DNA of 64,000 nucleotides from Anaerolineales bacterium. Lineage in GTDB: Bacteria; Chloroflexota; Anaerolineae; Anaerolineales; Villigracilaceae. Location: NCBI GenBank assembly GCA_046328875.1, contig JAXLVS010000001.1:2513315-2577314 (forward strand). Direction: 5' to 3'. Within the stretch, counting starts at the first letter, position 1. Each line of letters begins with the position of its first letter. This document shows positions 63,318 to 64,000 of this stretch, in pieces. A program made the translations under genes and the position numbers. Under the pieces are notes generated by a model that did no database searches, was not told the origin of the DNA, and worked only from the letters and a program-made list of their open reading frames with translations.

Positions 63318-64000
63318 ATGGTTGTAATTTGCGGAATCATCCTTGTCATTGTGCTGCTGTTCTTTTACCTATTAAATACGGCGCGCAAAAAGACACCCCC
63401 ACCCAGCACAACGGGCAAAAAGGATTACACCCCTGTTTATATTTCCATTGCCGATAAACCAGATTCAATTATGCGCGGCATGGATAAGTTTGTAAAAGAA
63501 GTACAAAAGACTGAGTCAGCTGGCGATAAATGGCGCTGGATTCCCATGATCATTTTTATTGTTGGAGTGGGGCTCGTGGCGATAGACGGACTTTTATTTG
63601 TACTCGGATATGTTTCCTTCATCTTTACCATAGGTGCAATCTGCTTATGGATAGCCGCATTTATCATGGCTCGCAGTTTGCGAAAAAGCGACTCAAAAGA
63701 TTTTTCGCCGCGCTATTTCGGCACCAAGGAGATGCTGCGTACGCTTCGCGACGACCTGAAACCTGGTGCTACCTTTTTAGGGCATCTTGATCTGACAGGA
63801 GCCATGCTTCAAACCAAGGTTGCTCGCGAAACAAAAGACACGCGTGACCGCACCACCCAGCACTTTAGCGATACATGGCTTTCTCTGAAAGCCAAGCTTT
63901 ATGATGGCAATATCTTACGTGTTTCCGCCACACAGAAATCCAAGAATAGAAAATCGTATTGGAAAAGAAGCCGCATCAGTGGAAAAATGAAAATGAAGCC
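63318..64000 (+). CDS. Hypothetical membrane protein, partial (runs off window end)
   Basis: Hand translation from ATG at 63318 (SD GGAGG): MVVICGIILVIVLLFLLPIKYG...KWRWIPMIIFIVGVGLVA...; no stop before 64000; not in the ORF track. Confidence 0.75.
   Translation, partial: MVVICGIILVIVLLFFYLLNTARKKTPPPSTTGKKDYTPVYISIADKPDSIMRGMDKFVKEVQKTESAGDKWRWIPMIIFIVGVGLVAIDGLLFVLGYVSFIFTIGAICLWIAAFIMARSLRKSDSKDFSPRYFGTKEMLRTLRDDLKPGATFLGHLDLTGAMLQTKVARETKDTRDRTTQHFSDTWLSLKAKLYDGNILRVSATQKSKNRKSYWKRSRISGKMKMK

Noticed and set aside
63437-63667. 76-aa minus-strand ORF and 63530-63790 plus-strand ORF
   Set aside because: Both overlap a longer open frame from 63318 that has an SD and TM segments.
1-64000. 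CRISPR array, rRNA, tRNA, integrase or IS transposase
   Set aside because: No regularly spaced direct repeats, no recognisable RNA-gene motifs and no DDE, tyrosine or serine recombinase motifs in any ORF.

Overview
Bacterial chromosomal window. Lipoprotein style, the intergenic repeat families and gene content suggest Chloroflexota/Anaerolineales (inference). I saw no rRNA, tRNA, CRISPR array, integrase or transposase. In order: partial ECF-type ATPase; a small Pmp3-family gene absent from the ORF track; a soluble cNMP-domain histidine kinase with its response regulator; divergent thrC/thrB; terC; a TetR-led beta-oxidation operon (two acyl-CoA dehydrogenases, FadN, FadA, SCP2). Then an AT-rich ~16 kb block (about 14.3-30.2 kb) with a monoderm-type Pel exopolysaccharide operon (pseudo-SDR-PelD fusion, pelE, pelA/DUF2194, pelF, pelG). 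It runs directly into two CotH-family kinases, a VTC-domain polyphosphate-polymerase-like gene and DUF4956, followed by a lipoprotein phosphoesterase and a DUF4832 glycoside hydrolase. After it come a glutaredoxin-thioredoxin reductase fusion, membrane/lipoprotein genes, and an amino-sugar uptake/catabolism operon with no nagA or nagB. A large metal locus follows: two DtxR paralogues (one membrane-anchored with two FeoA domains), split FeoB, a two-domain multicopper oxidase plus ZIP, and ArsR/SmtB-CzcD. Best candidate for an undescribed system: Pel synthesis coupled to a CotH/VTC/DUF4956 phosphotransfer module, possibly making a phosphorylated or polyP-decorated matrix polymer. All family calls come from motifs read by eye; no database search was run.
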